A stretch of 63,574 bases of DNA, counting the filler, from Folioceros fuciformis (lineage: Eukaryota): NCBI GenBank assembly GCA_049999805.1. It is 10 parts of 10 records of this genome, joined end to end, with 100 filler letters (N's around TTAATTAATTAA, not from the genome) between each part and the next. Parts side by side here need not be neighbours in the genome. Positions count along the whole stretch, not along the records: positions 61,116 to 63,574 come from JBNGIO010003956.1; 9 more parts are not named here. The stretch is one strand, 5' to 3'. Shown one piece after another: positions 62,504-63,574 of this stretch. The notes under the pieces were generated by a model that worked only from the letters and a program-made list of their open reading frames with translations, was not told where the DNA came from and made no database searches. Made by a program: the position numbers and the translations under genes. How positions within the stretch are numbered: position 1 is the stretch's first letter; each line of letters begins with the position of its first letter.

Positions 62504-63288
62504 GACAAGGTGGGGGTCATGAGCTGTTGCCTAGGAGTTCTATGCAAATACCCACAATTGCTTACAATTTGGATGAGGACCATGGTAGACCCAAAGCAGC
62601 CCCTTGTAGTATATTACAGCTAGAGAGCTCTCAAGTGGAGTGGTTCATCCCCGGATATGAGGGCAAATCCTTGGTTCATCATCGTGAGGCCACAAGAGTC
62701 GAAAAAACCAAGGCAGTTCCGTGTAAGAGGCATCCAAGCATAGTTGGCCTGGTGGAAATAGGTAGAGCAATCGGTGGCAGTGAGGGACATTTCCCTCCAT
62801 CTACTTGCAAAGACTGTGAAGAAGAGGAGGCGGGGCGCCGGCATGCAGAGCGAAGTTGCGGAGAAGGGGCAACATCGACATGCCGTCGCCCCCTCGCAGC
62901 CGCACTATAGCGAAGGAGGGTGCCGGCATGCCAACTCCCTCCATGATGAAGTGGTGGAGAAGGGGGGGCATTGGCATGACGTCACCCCCTTACAACCACA
63001 ATACAATAAAGGAGCGCGCCGGCATGCCGGCGCCTAGCCTTCCATGGCTGCAAAGGAACCGGGCTCCCCTGCACCTAGTGTAGATAGGGCCATGGAAATT
63101 TTGCAAGCTTCTTTGCTAGAGGGGAGAGAGCGTAGGCAAGGGAAAAAGAGGAAATTGGAAGGTACAGGTGCGGAGGCTGCAGGTGGGATGGGCAGTTAGG
63201 GCGTCAGCAGGAATTTGGATAGTGATATGAGTAAAAAGAAGTGTAGATGGGCACCCCATGTGATAGATAGCAATGAGATCTGAACAGT

Positions 63289-63574
63289 TGTGAACGAAAA
63301 AAACTTTCGGAATCCCCATTTTGAGCGACGGAATGAGCAGGTTGTGATTCTTTTTGTGAAGGGACAGGCGAATCGGCTTAGTAAGCGAGTAAGACCAGGG
63401 TGTTTATACCCAAAGTCCACCTTGGGCTTCGGGTTTGGGGTGTACTGGAGATCGGGACAAGGAGGAAGCAGCGAGTGCCTCCCGGACCCTCAAGTCCTTG
63501 AGAACATTAAGGTAGGTGTGGGGTTAAAATATGGTACCCAGGGGTACCGCGAGGTCCACACAAGCCCTCTATGT
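63289..63574 (+). mobile_element. Family-A LTR start, followed by a family-C start at 63517
   Basis: Matches 59952-60180 and 50511-50560 respectively. Confidence 0.7.

Overview
Land-plant nuclear DNA made of ten unrelated contigs. They are joined by artificial 100-nt linkers (44N-TTAATTAATTAA-44N), so adjacency across linkers has no meaning. The short introns, compact genes and a DYW:KP/GRP-type PPR suggest a seed-free plant with U-to-C editing (hornwort, fern or lycophyte); this is inference. Host genes: an 8-exon CYP85-clan P450, an intronless Mini-RNase III head-to-head with COP9 signalosome subunit 2 (truncated by the contig end), and a partial mitochondrial mL46/DECOY gene with two odd splice junctions. 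Pseudogenes: a LEA-like gene, a PLS-E-DYW:KP PPR and a SUV3-like helicase. Most of the rest is nested, decayed transposons: a complete chromovirus with LTRs and TSD, several copia pieces (one mini-element, one with an intact antisense ORF), Harbinger and L1 fragments, and two different restriction-like-endonuclease non-LTR elements (CRE-like and R4-like). There is also a ~2.1 kb inverted-repeat unit enclosing three different tandem arrays. All family calls come from recalled motifs, not database searches.
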